Shown here one piece after another: positions 29,352-39,826 of a stretch of DNA of 64,000 nt (positions are counted from its first letter, which is position 1; every line of letters begins with the position of its first letter). The notes under the pieces are model-generated. The model saw only the letters and a program-made list of their open reading frames with translations. It searched no databases and was not told where the DNA came from. Source of the stretch: Ignavibacteria bacterium. GTDB lineage: Bacteria > Bacteroidota > Ignavibacteria > Kapaibacteriales > UBA2268. Both the position numbers and the translations under genes were made by a program. The stretch lies in NCBI GenBank assembly GCA_012518115.1, contig JAAYTD010000013.1, positions 64,179-128,178 of the forward strand, written 5' to 3'.

Positions 29352-29424
29352 ACGGGCATAGCTCAACTGGTAGAGTGACGGTCTCCAAAACCGTAGGTTG
29401 CGGGTTCGATTCCTGCTGCCCGTG
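29352..29424 (+). tRNA. trnW: tRNA-Trp (anticodon CCA)
   Basis: Cloverleaf folded by hand: acceptor ACGGGCA/TGCCCGT, D-arm GCTCAACTGGTAGAGT, anticodon loop TCTCCAAAA, T-arm GCGGGTTCGATTCCTGC. Closely resembles E. coli tRNA-Trp. Confidence 0.9.
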
Positions 29425-29666
29425 CTTATTAAACTAATAAAAATATCTTGAACATTTATCTATTTTATTAATTGTAGAAGATATATCTATTGATGAAAAT
29501 AAATAGAGAATTATGGTTCTAATCTAATAAGAAAGTATCATAATTCTTTGTTTTTATACAAAAAGTAGTTATATAATTATTGTTTTGTTACTATCATTTA
29601 ATAAAAATATAAAGATATTTTTAATCATTTTATTTCAATTCAATTCCATATAAATGAGGGCGAATA

Positions 29667-32600
29667 ATGAGCGAGATGCACTCTCCGATAGAAAAAGAGA
29701 CTTTTGAGGCAACACAAAAAACACTGAATTTGTTAGATGAATATAAAAACAGCGGTAAAGGAAAGTTGCGTATTCTCGAAAGTGAAGACGATTTAGTTAG
29801 ATTGCGTAAAAGAATTACTTTTTCACGCTCCGACCAAAAAGCACCTTATCCTGATTTACTTGATATACAGCTGAAATCTTTTGAAGATTTTTTACAAGAA
29901 GATGTGCCTCCAGCTAAACGTAGAAACATAGGCTTACAATCTGCTTTCTTAGCAGCATTTCCTATAGAAGATGCTTCTGGAACACATCAATTAGAATTTA
30001 TTGAATATTCTACTGAAAAACCAAAACTAACTGAAGAACAATGTAGTGAAAGAGAGTTAACTTATTCTAAACCGCTGAAAGTTAAATTACGTTTATCCTC
30101 AAAAGCCGATAAAAATTCTGATGAATATGTAGAAGCAGTAGAACAAGAAGTCTATTTAGGCGCTATTCCTATTATGACAGAACGTGGCACATTTATTATA
30201 AATGGTGCTGAACGAGTTATTGTTAATCAAATACATAGATCGCCCGGAGTGTTTTTTGATGATGCAATACATCCAAATGGAACAAGAATTTATTCCGCTA
30301 GAATAATACCTTTCCGTGGTTCTTGGGTAGAGTTTATAACAGATATACATGATATAATGTATGCGTATATTGACCGTAAGAAAAAATTCCCTGTTACAAC
30401 TTTATTAAGAGCTCTTGGTTTTTCTTCAGATGACGAAATATTGAATTTGTTTAATTTGACAGTTACTGTTGAACCTGAAAACTTAGATGACAGTTTTTTA
30501 GGTAGAAGAATAGCTGCTGATGTTGTAGATTTAAATACAGGTGAAATAATAGCAAATCGTGATATGTTGATAACGGAAGATATTCTAGAGATGTTTAATT
30601 CTACAGAAATTCCGCCACTTAAATTATTCGCTTATGTTGATCCTGCCGACGAACCAATTATAGCAAAAACTATATCTAAAGATGTTACTAGGAACAGAGA
30701 AGAAGCGCTTGATATGGTGTATAGGCAACTGCGTACAAGTGAAGCGCCAGATATAGAAACAGCGTGGGGATTACTAGAAAAACTGTTTTTTAATCCTAAA
30801 AAATATGACTTAGGTGAAGTAGGACGATATAGAATAAACGATAGGCTGAAGGAAGTGTTTGAAGAAATGGACGCTCCATTTGTAGAAACAACAACTTTAA
30901 CTATTAATGATATTGTTGCTATTATAAAATATCTCATTAAATTACACGCTAATAAATTGGCAGGTGATGATATAGATCATTTAGGGAATAGAAGAGTTAG
31001 AACTGTTGGCGAACAATTAACTGCTCAAATCAATCTAGGACTAGCTAGAATGACAAGGACTATTCGGGAACGATTAGGAGCAAAAGATGATACAAATATT
31101 TCGCCATCTGATTTAGTTAATGCAAGAACTATTACCTCTGTAATTAATCAGTTCTTCGGTACAAATCAACTATCTCAATTTATGGATCAAACAAATCCAC
31201 TGGCTGAACTTACTCATAAACGTAGAACTTCTGCGTTAGGGCCAGGGGGATTAACAAGAGAAAGAGCAGGCTTTGAAGTAAGAGACGTACACTATACACA
31301 TTACGGCAGACTTTGTCCTATAGAAACACCTGAAGGACCAAATATCGGACTAATTTCTTCACTAGCTCTACATGCTAGAATAAATGAATTAGGATTTATA
31401 GAAACAGCATATAGAAAAGTCGTTGATGGAAAATTAACCGATGAGATAGATTATATAACTGCAGAAGTTGAAGACGAACATGTGGTTTGTCCTGCTTCTA
31501 CTGTTGTTGATGAAACAGGGAAAATTGTTGGCGATAAAATTAGAGCAAGATTGCAAGGAAACTATATAATAGTAACGCCTGACAAAGTCCAATATATGGA
31601 CATATCAACAGATCATATAACAAGTGCTGCAGCTGCTCTAATTCCATTTCTAGAGCATGACGATGCTAACCGTGCGCTTATGGGTTCTAATATGCAAAGA
31701 CAAGCAGTCCCATTATTGCTATCTGAAGCACCTATCGTAGGAACAGGTATGGAAGCGAGAATAGCTAAAGATGCAAGAACTTTGTTATTTGCAGAAAGAA
31801 ATGGAACAGTGGAGTACGTAAGCTCTACAAAAATAAGAATAAAATATGATGATGATAGAACAGAAGAAGAAAAATTAACACAATTCGATTTTCAGCAAGA
31901 AGCAGAATATGAATTAGCTAAGTTCTTTAGAACTAACCAAGATACTTGCGTAAATCAAAGACCTATAGTTCGTGAAGGACAACGAGTTGTTGCGGGACAA
32001 CCACTTGTTGATACTTCTTCTACAGATCAAGGCGAGCTAGCTTTAGGTAGAAATATATTAGTAGCATTTATGCCGTGGCGTGGTTATAATTTTGAAGATG
32101 CGATAATTATATCAGAACAATTAGTAGCTAAAGATGTTTTTACTTCTGTTCATATTGAAGAATTTACTTTGCAAGTACGCGATACAAAACGCGGTGAAGA
32201 AGAATTTACTCGTGAAATACCGAATATATCAGAAGAAGCTACAAAAGATTTAGATGAAGACGGTATTATTCGAATTGGTGCTAAAGTGCAAGAAGGTGAT
32301 ATTATTATTGGGAAAATTACACCGAAAGGCGAAACAGATCCAACTCCAGAGGAAAAATTATTAAGAGCTATCTTTGGAGATAAAGCAGGGGATGTGAAAG
32401 ACGTTTCTCTTAAAGCTACACCAGGAATAAAAGGAGTTGTTATAAATACAAAACTTTTTTCAAGACGATTTATGAACATGGACAAAGATACTAAAGCCGA
32501 AGAGAAAATGAAGAGCGAAATGCTAGCAAGAGAAGAAAAAAGAATCATAGAAAAAGCCAAAAATGAATTCATTGAAAGATTAGGAAACTTACTTAATGAT

Positions 32601-33596
32601 GAAACTTCAATAGGAATGAAATTATCTACAGGTGTAGTGATATTTAGAAGTGGCGAAACTATGACACGCGAAGCATTAGCAAGTAAATATACAAGTGGAT
32701 TGCTTAATATAGAATTATTGCCTGAAAAAGGAGACTATCTAGCTGACAAAAAGAAAAATAGCTTGATAGATAAAATGGTGGAAAACTTAAAACATTATAT
32801 AGAAGAAACTAGAGCAGAATTCAAAGCTAGAAAAAATAGAATAGCTGCTATTGATGAGCTACAACCGGGTATCTTGCAAATGGCTAAAGTTTATCTTGCT
32901 AAGAAAAGAAAATTGCAAGTAGGCGATAAGATGGCGGGAAGACACGGAAATAAAGGTATAGTTTCTAACATAGTCAGAAGAGAAGATATGCCGTTTATGC
33001 CTGACGGAACACCTGTAGAAATTATTCTTAATCCTTTAGGTGTGCCATCGCGTATGAACTTGGGACAATTATATGAAACAGCATTAGGTTGGGCAGGTCA
33101 TAAATTAGGTGTTCATTTTGCAACTCCTATTTTTGAAGGTGCTACTTGGGAAGAAGTTAGTGATTTCTTAGAAAGAGCAGGATTGCCAAAAGATGGAAAG
33201 ACTGAACTTTATGATGGAAGAACAGGAGAGTTGTTTGATGAAAAGGTTACAGTTGGAGTAATTTATATGCTTAAATTATCCCACTTAGTTGAAGATAAAA
33301 TTCACGCACGATCTATAGGTCCTTATTCTTTAATTACACAACAACCTTTAGGCGGTAAAGCACAGTTCGGCGGTCAAAGACTCGGTGAAATGGAGGTGTG
33401 GGCGCTTGAAGCTTATGGTGCAGCTCATATTCTTAGAGAAATGCTTACGCAAAAATCTGACGACGTGCAAGGACGCGCTAGAATGTATGAGGCTATCGTA
33501 AAAGGTGAAAATATGCCTATATCTAATATCCCTGAATCGTTTAACGTTCTTGTTAGAGAAATGCAAGGTTTGTGTTTAGATTTAGTAATAGAATAA
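29667..33596 (+). CDS. rpoB: DNA-directed RNA polymerase beta subunit
   Basis: 1309 aa; conserved RpoB blocks throughout (GNRRVRTVGE, LGPGGLTRERAGFEVRDVH, KMAGRHGNKGIVS, C-terminal IPESFNVLVREMQGLCLDL). Confidence 0.97.
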   Translation: MSEMHSPIEKETFEATQKTLNLLDEYKNSGKGKLRILESEDDLVRLRKRITFSRSDQKAPYPDLLDIQLKSFEDFLQEDVPPAKRRNIGLQSAFLAAFPIEDASGTHQLEFIEYSTEKPKLTEEQCSERELTYSKPLKVKLRLSSKADKNSDEYVEAVEQEVYLGAIPIMTERGTFIINGAERVIVNQIHRSPGVFFDDAIHPNGTRIYSARIIPFRGSWVEFITDIHDIMYAYIDRKKKFPVTTLLRALGFSSDDEILNLFNLTVTVEPENLDDSFLGRRIAADVVDLNTGEIIANRDMLITEDILEMFNSTEIPPLKLFAYVDPADEPIIAKTISKDVTRNREEALDMVYRQLRTSEAPDIETAWGLLEKLFFNPKKYDLGEVGRYRINDRLKEVFEEMDAPFVETTTLTINDIVAIIKYLIKLHANKLAGDDIDHLGNRRVRTVGEQLTAQINLGLARMTRTIRERLGAKDDTNISPSDLVNARTITSVINQFFGTNQLSQFMDQTNPLAELTHKRRTSALGPGGLTRERAGFEVRDVHYTHYGRLCPIETPEGPNIGLISSLALHARINELGFIETAYRKVVDGKLTDEIDYITAEVEDEHVVCPASTVVDETGKIVGDKIRARLQGNYIIVTPDKVQYMDISTDHITSAAAALIPFLEHDDANRALMGSNMQRQAVPLLLSEAPIVGTGMEARIAKDARTLLFAERNGTVEYVSSTKIRIKYDDDRTEEEKLTQFDFQQEAEYELAKFFRTNQDTCVNQRPIVREGQRVVAGQPLVDTSSTDQGELALGRNILVAFMPWRGYNFEDAIIISEQLVAKDVFTSVHIEEFTLQVRDTKRGEEEFTREIPNISEEATKDLDEDGIIRIGAKVQEGDIIIGKITPKGETDPTPEEKLLRAIFGDKAGDVKDVSLKATPGIKGVVINTKLFSRRFMNMDKDTKAEEKMKSEMLAREEKRIIEKAKNEFIERLGNLLNDETSIGMKLSTGVVIFRSGETMTREALASKYTSGLLNIELLPEKGDYLADKKKNSLIDKMVENLKHYIEETRAEFKARKNRIAAIDELQPGILQMAKVYLAKKRKLQVGDKMAGRHGNKGIVSNIVRREDMPFMPDGTPVEIILNPLGVPSRMNLGQLYETALGWAGHKLGVHFATPIFEGATWEEVSDFLERAGLPKDGKTELYDGRTGELFDEKVTVGVIYMLKLSHLVEDKIHARSIGPYSLITQQPLGGKAQFGGQRLGEMEVWALEAYGAAHILREMLTQKSDDVQGRARMYEAIVKGENMPISNIPESFNVLVREMQGLCLDLVIE

Positions 33597-33632
33597 TTTA
33601 ATTATAGTTATACATATATTTTAATGATTATT

Positions 33633-33668
33633 GCCGCTAGGAATTTATTTTCTTAGCGGTTTTTTTTA
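33633..33668 (+). terminator. Rho-independent terminator directly after rpoB
   Basis: CCGCTAGG-aatttatttt-CTTAGCGG (one G-U pair) followed by T8. Confidence 0.6.
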
Positions 33669-34150
33669 TTCTTAATATATTTTGTTGCAGATTTTTAAAG
33701 TCTGCTTTTTTTATTTTGTGTAAGTTTTTTTTAATACAATGGCTAATAATATTATTATATAGCCTTAATCTTCAAATTTTTTTTAAAAATGATTACTAAA
33801 ACCTATAAAAAAAGCTTAATTTGCATTTGTATAATTTATAATTATATAAGAAATAATTTTTGCAAACTAACTAGCTTGTGAAATTCTATTCTGTTGTCTT
33901 GTGTTTTGCGATGAAGCTAGCTTTGGAATGGAATATGAATAACAGATTTTTGTAGGAAATTTAATTTACTTTTTGAGTAGATTTATTATAAGATTATTTC
34001 CTGCCTTACCGCCATTTATTACTGCAAAACTACCTAAACCTATAAGTGATATTTAGAAAGTTTAGGAAAGTTGAAAAATAACTGTGATATAAACTTACTA
34101 TGAAAATAACAATAAAATTAAATAAATAAAAAATTACAAAAGGTGAAAAA

Positions 34151-35224
34151 ATGCAAGAAAATTATGCTTATTGGTTAAGACAAGTAAAACGAAACGCTTT
34201 TTCTTTGTCTTATATTTCCGATGACTTAAAAACTTTTGAACTTTGTGAAGCTGCTGTAAATAAATATGGTACTAGTTTGGAGTATGTACCCGAAGAATTG
34301 AAAAGTGCTGCCTTGTGTGAGCTAGCTGTAAGACAAGACGGTGAAGCCTTAGAGTTTGTTCCTGAAGCATTACGGAGTTCTGCTTTATGCGAATTAGCAG
34401 TAAAAGATTGTGGTCGTGCTTTAGAGTATGTGCCTTTTGAATTACGAAGTGCTGCTTTGTGTGAGCTAGCTGTAAGACAAGACGGTGAAGCCTTGAAGTA
34501 TGTTCCTGAGGCATTACGAAGTTCTACTTTATGCGAATTAGCAGTAAAAGATTATGGTCGTGCTTTAGAGCATGTACCTTTTGAATTACGAAGTGTGGCT
34601 TTGTGTGAGCTAGCTATAAATAAATATGGTAGTGCTTTGGAGTTTGTCCCTAATAAATTACGGACTTTTGAATTATGCGAATTAGCTGTAAATGAGAATA
34701 GTTATGCTTTGCAGTATGTTCCCGAAGAATTAATAACTGCGGAACTTTGCGAAGCTGCTGTAAAACGGAATAGCAAGGTTTTGAAATATGTTCCTGAAAA
34801 ATTTATTACTGTAAAACTCTGCGAACAAGTAATAGAAAATATAGATGAAGAAGATGATATCTCGTCTGCATTAGAAATTATTCCTAAAAAAATCATCACT
34901 GCCGAGCTCTGTGAAAAAGCAGTGGAAAAGTGTGGTTATGCTTTGAAATATGTTCCGGAGAAATTAAAGACTGCCGAACTTTGTGAAAGAGCCGTATTAT
35001 CACGTGGATTAGCTTTGGGTTATGTTCCTAAAAAATTTAGAACTGCGGCTCTCTGTAAAAAAGCGGTAAAAGAAGACGGTTACGCCTTGTGTGCTGTACC
35101 TAAGAAATATAAAACCTTAGAGCTTTGTAAATTAGCAGTACAATTAGATTATTGTGCTTTGCAGTTTGTTCCTGCTGAACTAATAGCAGAAGTAAAAAAG
35201 ATGTTAAGAGAAGAGAACGATTGA
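34151..35224 (+). CDS. Tandem-repeat protein of ~24-aa Cys-containing repeats (DUF4116-like), array member 1
   Basis: 357 aa, ~13 repeats of xELCELAVxxxGxALEYVPxELRSxA. RBS aaaggtgaaaaaATG. C-terminus EVKKMLREEND shared with the paralogs; N-terminus diverged from the others. Confidence 0.8.
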   Translation: MQENYAYWLRQVKRNAFSLSYISDDLKTFELCEAAVNKYGTSLEYVPEELKSAALCELAVRQDGEALEFVPEALRSSALCELAVKDCGRALEYVPFELRSAALCELAVRQDGEALKYVPEALRSSTLCELAVKDYGRALEHVPFELRSVALCELAINKYGSALEFVPNKLRTFELCELAVNENSYALQYVPEELITAELCEAAVKRNSKVLKYVPEKFITVKLCEQVIENIDEEDDISSALEIIPKKIITAELCEKAVEKCGYALKYVPEKLKTAELCERAVLSRGLALGYVPKKFRTAALCKKAVKEDGYALCAVPKKYKTLELCKLAVQLDYCALQFVPAELIAEVKKMLREEND

Positions 35225-35268
35225 TTAAAGAATAAAACTAAAAAACAATAAATTTAAAAGGTGAAAAA

Positions 35269-36360
35269 ATGAAAGATAAAAAACAACAAAATTCAACAAA
35301 AGTGGAAAAGAAAGACTACAACTATTGGTTAAAAAAAGTTGCTATTTATCCCCAAGAGTTGGAATACGTTCCTACCAAATATAAGACAGCCGAACTTTGT
35401 AAAACAGCCGTAAAACATAGCGGTTGGTCATTAGAACATGTTCCCGCCGAATTAAAGACACCGGAGCTTTGCGAATTAGCTGTAAATAACTTTGGTATGG
35501 CTTTAGAGTTTGTTCCTGAAGGATTACGGAGTTCTGCTTTATGCGAATTAGCTGTAGAAGACTATGGCTGTGCTTTGGAGTATGTCCCTATGGCATTACG
35601 CACTTCCGACTTATGTGAGCTGGCTGTAAGTCAATATGGTTATGCTTTGGAATATGTTCCTGAAGAATTAAAGACTGCCGAACTTTGTGAAAGAGCCGTC
35701 TTATCACATGGATTAGCCTTGGGAGAAGTTCCTAAAAAATTACGAACTGCCGAGCTCTGTGAAGTAGCAGTAGAAAATTATGGTTATGCTTTGGAATATG
35801 TTCCGGAGAAATTAAAGACTGCCGAACTTTGTGAAAGAGCCGTCTTATCACGTGGATTAGCCTTGGGAGAAGTTCCTAAAAAATTACGAACTGCTGAGCT
35901 TTGTGAAAAAGCCGTAAAAGAAAACGGCTATGCCCTGTGTGATGTTCCTAAGAAATATAAAACTTTAGAGCTTTGTAAATTAGCAGTACAGTTGGATGAA
36001 TGTGCTTTGAATTTTGTTCCTGCTAAATATAGAACGTCTGAATTATATGAAATAATCATAAATCAACATGGACGGATGTTTAAATATGTTCCTTCTGAAT
36101 TAAAGACCGCTGATTTCTGTGAAAAAGCAGTAAAAGAAAACGGTTGTGCTTTGGAGTTTGTCCCTGAGGAATTAAAAACTGCTGAATTATGTGAAATTGC
36201 AGTAAAAACATATGGTAAGGCATTGGAGTTTGTTCCTGAGAACTTAAAAACTATAGATTTATGCAAACTCGCCGTAAAAAAAGCTCATGGTGCTTTGCAG
36301 TTTGTTCCTGTTAAATTAAAAGCAGAAGTAAAAAAAATGTTAGAAGAAGAGAATGAATAA
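35269..36360 (+). CDS. DUF4116-like 24-aa repeat protein, array member 2
   Basis: 363 aa; conserved N-terminus MKDKKQQNSTKVEKKDYNYWLKKVAIYPQELEYVP and C-terminus AEVKKMLEEENE; identical RBS/spacer. Confidence 0.8.
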   Translation: MKDKKQQNSTKVEKKDYNYWLKKVAIYPQELEYVPTKYKTAELCKTAVKHSGWSLEHVPAELKTPELCELAVNNFGMALEFVPEGLRSSALCELAVEDYGCALEYVPMALRTSDLCELAVSQYGYALEYVPEELKTAELCERAVLSHGLALGEVPKKLRTAELCEVAVENYGYALEYVPEKLKTAELCERAVLSRGLALGEVPKKLRTAELCEKAVKENGYALCDVPKKYKTLELCKLAVQLDECALNFVPAKYRTSELYEIIINQHGRMFKYVPSELKTADFCEKAVKENGCALEFVPEELKTAELCEIAVKTYGKALEFVPENLKTIDLCKLAVKKAHGALQFVPVKLKAEVKKMLEEENE

Positions 36361-36392
36361 TTAAAAAAACAATAAATTTAAAAGGTGAAAAA

Positions 36393-37991
36393 ATGAAAGA
36401 AACAAAACAAAAAAAATCAAAAAAAGTGGAAAAGAAAGACTACAACTATTGGCTAAAAAAAGTTGCTATTTATCCCCAAGAGTTAGAATACGTTCCTAAC
36501 AAATATAAGACCGCTGAACTTTGCAAAACAGCCATAAAACATGGTGGTTGGTCATTAGAACATGTTCCCGCCGAATTAAAGACACCGGAGCTTTGTAAGT
36601 TAGCAGTAAAAGAGGATGGTCGTGCCTTAGAATCTGTTCCTTCCGAATTAAAGACCGCCGAACTTTGTGCTTTAGCGGTAAAAGAAAGCAGTTGGTCATT
36701 AAAATATGTTCCTTACGAATTGAAGACATTGGAGATCTGCGTGTCAGCATTACAAGAAAACGGTTGTATGTTAAAGTATGTTCCAGATGAATTAAAGACA
36801 ACTGAATTATGTGCTTTAACCTTACAAGAAAACGTTCCTTGGGCTTTAGGATATATTCCCGAAGAATTAAGGACATCAGAACTTTGTGCTTTAGCGGTAC
36901 AAAAAAAGGGCAACGCCTTAGAATATGTTCCTGAAGAATTAAAGACATCAGAACTTTGTGCTTTAGCGGTACAAAAAAGCAGTTATGCATTGAAATATAT
37001 TCCTGAGGAATTTAAAACACCGGATTTCTATAATTTAGCAGTAACATTAAACGGTTGTGTGTTAGAATATGTTCCAGACGAATTAAAGACATCTGAACTT
37101 TGCAAGTTAGCAGTAAAACAGAATAGCAGCGCTTTAAAATATGTTCCTGAAGATTTCCGGAGTTTTGAACTTTGCAAATTGGCAGTAACATCAGACGGTA
37201 TCTTGTTAGAATATGTTCCTGAGGATTTTAGGAGCAAGAATCTTTGTGCTTTAGCAGTAAAACAAAACGGTAGAGCCTTAAAATATGTTCCTAAAGATTG
37301 CATAACTGCCGAGCTCTGTGAAATAGCAGTAGAAGATTATGGCTATGCTTTGGCGTTTGTTCCTAAAAAATTAAAAACTACAGTCTTGTGTGAAAAAGCT
37401 GTCAAGCGATACGGCAGTGCTTTGGAATTTGTTCCTAAAAAATTAAAAACTGCAGTCCTGTGTGAAAAAGCTGTCAAGCGATACGGCAGTGCTTTGGAGT
37501 TTGTTCCCAAGAAATTCATCACTACTGAACTTTGCAAACTTGCTGTAAAAAAAGATAGTGATGCTTTGGAGTATGTTCCTAAAAAATTCATCACTACCGA
37601 ACTTTGTAAATCCGCTATAAAGCGATCTAGCGGTGCTTTGTCGTATGTTCCTGAAGATTTTATCACTGCCGAACTTTGCAAACTCGCCGTAAAAGGAGAT
37701 GGTGGTGCTTTGATGTTTGTTCCTGAAGATTTTATCACTGCCGAACTCTGTGAAAGAGCTGTATTATCACGTGGATTAGCATTGGGACTTGTTCCTAAAA
37801 AATTTATCACTGCCGAACTTTGTGAAAAAGCTGTAAAACAAGATGGTGGTGCTTTGGAGGATGTTCCTAAGAAATTCAAAACCTTAGAACTTTGTAAATT
37901 AGCAGTACAATTAGATGAATATGCTTTAAGGTATGTTCCTGATGAGCTAAGAGCAGAAGTAAAAAAAATGTTAGAAGATAAGAACGATTGA
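36393..37991 (+). CDS. DUF4116-like 24-aa repeat protein, array member 3
   Basis: 532 aa, ~20 repeats; conserved termini. Confidence 0.8.
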   Translation: MKETKQKKSKKVEKKDYNYWLKKVAIYPQELEYVPNKYKTAELCKTAIKHGGWSLEHVPAELKTPELCKLAVKEDGRALESVPSELKTAELCALAVKESSWSLKYVPYELKTLEICVSALQENGCMLKYVPDELKTTELCALTLQENVPWALGYIPEELRTSELCALAVQKKGNALEYVPEELKTSELCALAVQKSSYALKYIPEEFKTPDFYNLAVTLNGCVLEYVPDELKTSELCKLAVKQNSSALKYVPEDFRSFELCKLAVTSDGILLEYVPEDFRSKNLCALAVKQNGRALKYVPKDCITAELCEIAVEDYGYALAFVPKKLKTTVLCEKAVKRYGSALEFVPKKLKTAVLCEKAVKRYGSALEFVPKKFITTELCKLAVKKDSDALEYVPKKFITTELCKSAIKRSSGALSYVPEDFITAELCKLAVKGDGGALMFVPEDFITAELCERAVLSRGLALGLVPKKFITAELCEKAVKQDGGALEDVPKKFKTLELCKLAVQLDEYALRYVPDELRAEVKKMLEDKND

Positions 37992-38035
37992 TTAAAGAAT
38001 AAAACTAAAAAACAATAAATTTAAAAGGTGAAAAA

Positions 38036-39793
38036 ATGAAAGATAAAAAACAACAAAATTCAACAAAAGTGGAAAAGAAAGACTACAACTATTGGCTAAA
38101 AAAAGTTGCTATTTATCCCCAAGAGTTAGAATACGTTCCTACCAAATATAAGACCGCCGAACTTTGTGAAAGAGCCGTAAAACATAGCGGTTGGGTACTA
38201 AAGGACGTCCCTGCTGAATTAAAGACACCGGAGCTTTGCAAGTTAGCAGTAAAAAATAATGGTTGGGCATTAGAACATGTTCCTGAAGAATTAAAGACAT
38301 CAGAACTTTGTGCTTTAGCGGTACAAGAAGAGAGTGGAGCTTTAGAGTATGTTCCCGCCGAATTGAAGACATCTGAATTATATGCTTTAACCTTACAAGA
38401 TAACGTTCCTTGGGCTTTAGGAAATATTCCCGAAGAATTAAGGACATCAGAACTCTGTGCTTTAGCGGTACAAAAAAACGGTATGGCTTTAGGATATGTT
38501 CCCGAAGAATTGAAAACGCGGGATTTCTATAATTTAGTAGTAACATTAAACGGTTGTGTATTAAAATATGTTCCTGAGGAATTGAAGACATTGGATCTCT
38601 GCAAGTTAGCAGTAACATCAGACGGCAGCGTATTAGAACATGTTCCTGAAGAATTGAAGACGTTGGAGCTTTGCAAGTTAGCAGTAACATCAGACGGCAG
38701 CGCCTTAGAATATGTTCCTGAGGATTTCAGGAGCAAGAATCTTTGTGCTTTAGCAGTAAAACAGAACGGTAGAGCCTTAGAATATGTTCCTGAAGATTGC
38801 ATAACTGCCGAGCTCTGTAAAATAGCAGTAGAAGATTATGGCTATGCTTTAGCGTTTATACCTAAAAATTTTATTACTGCAAAACTTTGTAAACTAGCAG
38901 TAAAACGAAATAGCGGGGCTTTGAAATGTGTACCTAAAAATTTTATCACTGCAAAACTCTATGAGCTAGCGATAAAAAATACGGACGTAGAATATAAAGA
39001 TTTTACCTTAAAATATGTTCCTGATGAACTTAAGACACCGGCTCTCTGTGCGTTAGCTGTAAAAAAAGATGGTCATGCTTTGGAGTATGTCCCTGAGGAA
39101 TTACGAACTGCCGAGCTTTGTGCATTAGCTGTAAAAAAAGATGGTTATGCTTTGGAGTATGTCCCTGAGGAATTACGAACTGCCGAGCTCTGTGAAATAG
39201 CAGTAGAAAATTATGGTTATGCTTTGGAATATGTTCCTGAAGAATTAAAGACTGCCGAACTTTGTGAAAAAGCCGTCTTATCACGTGGATTAGCCTTGGG
39301 AGAAGTTCCTAAAAAATTACGAACTGCCGAGCTTTGTGAAAAAGCCGTAAAAGAAAACGGCTATGCCCTGTGTGATGTTCCTAAGAAATTCAAAACTTTA
39401 GAGCTTTGTAAATTAGCAGTACAGTTGGATGAATGTGCTTTGAATTTTGTTCCTGCTAAATATAGAACGTCTGAATTATATGAAATAATCATAAATCAAC
39501 ATGGATTGATGTTTGAATATGTTCCTAAAAAAATTAAAACCGCCGACTTTTGTGAAAAAGCAGTAAAGCTATACGGTAAGGCATTGGAGTTTGTCCCTGA
39601 AGAATTAAAAACAGTTGATTTATGTGAAATTGCAGTAAAAACATCTGGTAAGGCATTGGAGTTTGTTCCTGAGAACTTAAAAACTATAGATTTATGCAAA
39701 CTCGCTGTAAAATCAAATCGCTTTGCTTTAAGGTATGTTCCTGATGAGCTAAGAGCAGAAGTAAAAAAAGTATTAGAAGAAGAGAATGATTGA
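38036..39793 (+). CDS. DUF4116-like 24-aa repeat protein, array member 4
   Basis: 585 aa; the first ~130 nt and the preceding 45-nt spacer are near-identical to member 2. Confidence 0.8.
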   Translation: MKDKKQQNSTKVEKKDYNYWLKKVAIYPQELEYVPTKYKTAELCERAVKHSGWVLKDVPAELKTPELCKLAVKNNGWALEHVPEELKTSELCALAVQEESGALEYVPAELKTSELYALTLQDNVPWALGNIPEELRTSELCALAVQKNGMALGYVPEELKTRDFYNLVVTLNGCVLKYVPEELKTLDLCKLAVTSDGSVLEHVPEELKTLELCKLAVTSDGSALEYVPEDFRSKNLCALAVKQNGRALEYVPEDCITAELCKIAVEDYGYALAFIPKNFITAKLCKLAVKRNSGALKCVPKNFITAKLYELAIKNTDVEYKDFTLKYVPDELKTPALCALAVKKDGHALEYVPEELRTAELCALAVKKDGYALEYVPEELRTAELCEIAVENYGYALEYVPEELKTAELCEKAVLSRGLALGEVPKKLRTAELCEKAVKENGYALCDVPKKFKTLELCKLAVQLDECALNFVPAKYRTSELYEIIINQHGLMFEYVPKKIKTADFCEKAVKLYGKALEFVPEELKTVDLCEIAVKTSGKALEFVPENLKTIDLCKLAVKSNRFALRYVPDELRAEVKKVLEEEND

Positions 39794-39826
39794 TTAAAAA
39801 AAACAATAAATTTAAAAGGTGAAATA

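Noticed and set aside
28881-29366. 161-aa minus-strand ORF
   Set aside because: Exactly antisense to rplL (Ala/GC-rich codons) and running into the tRNA-Trp gene; an artifact.
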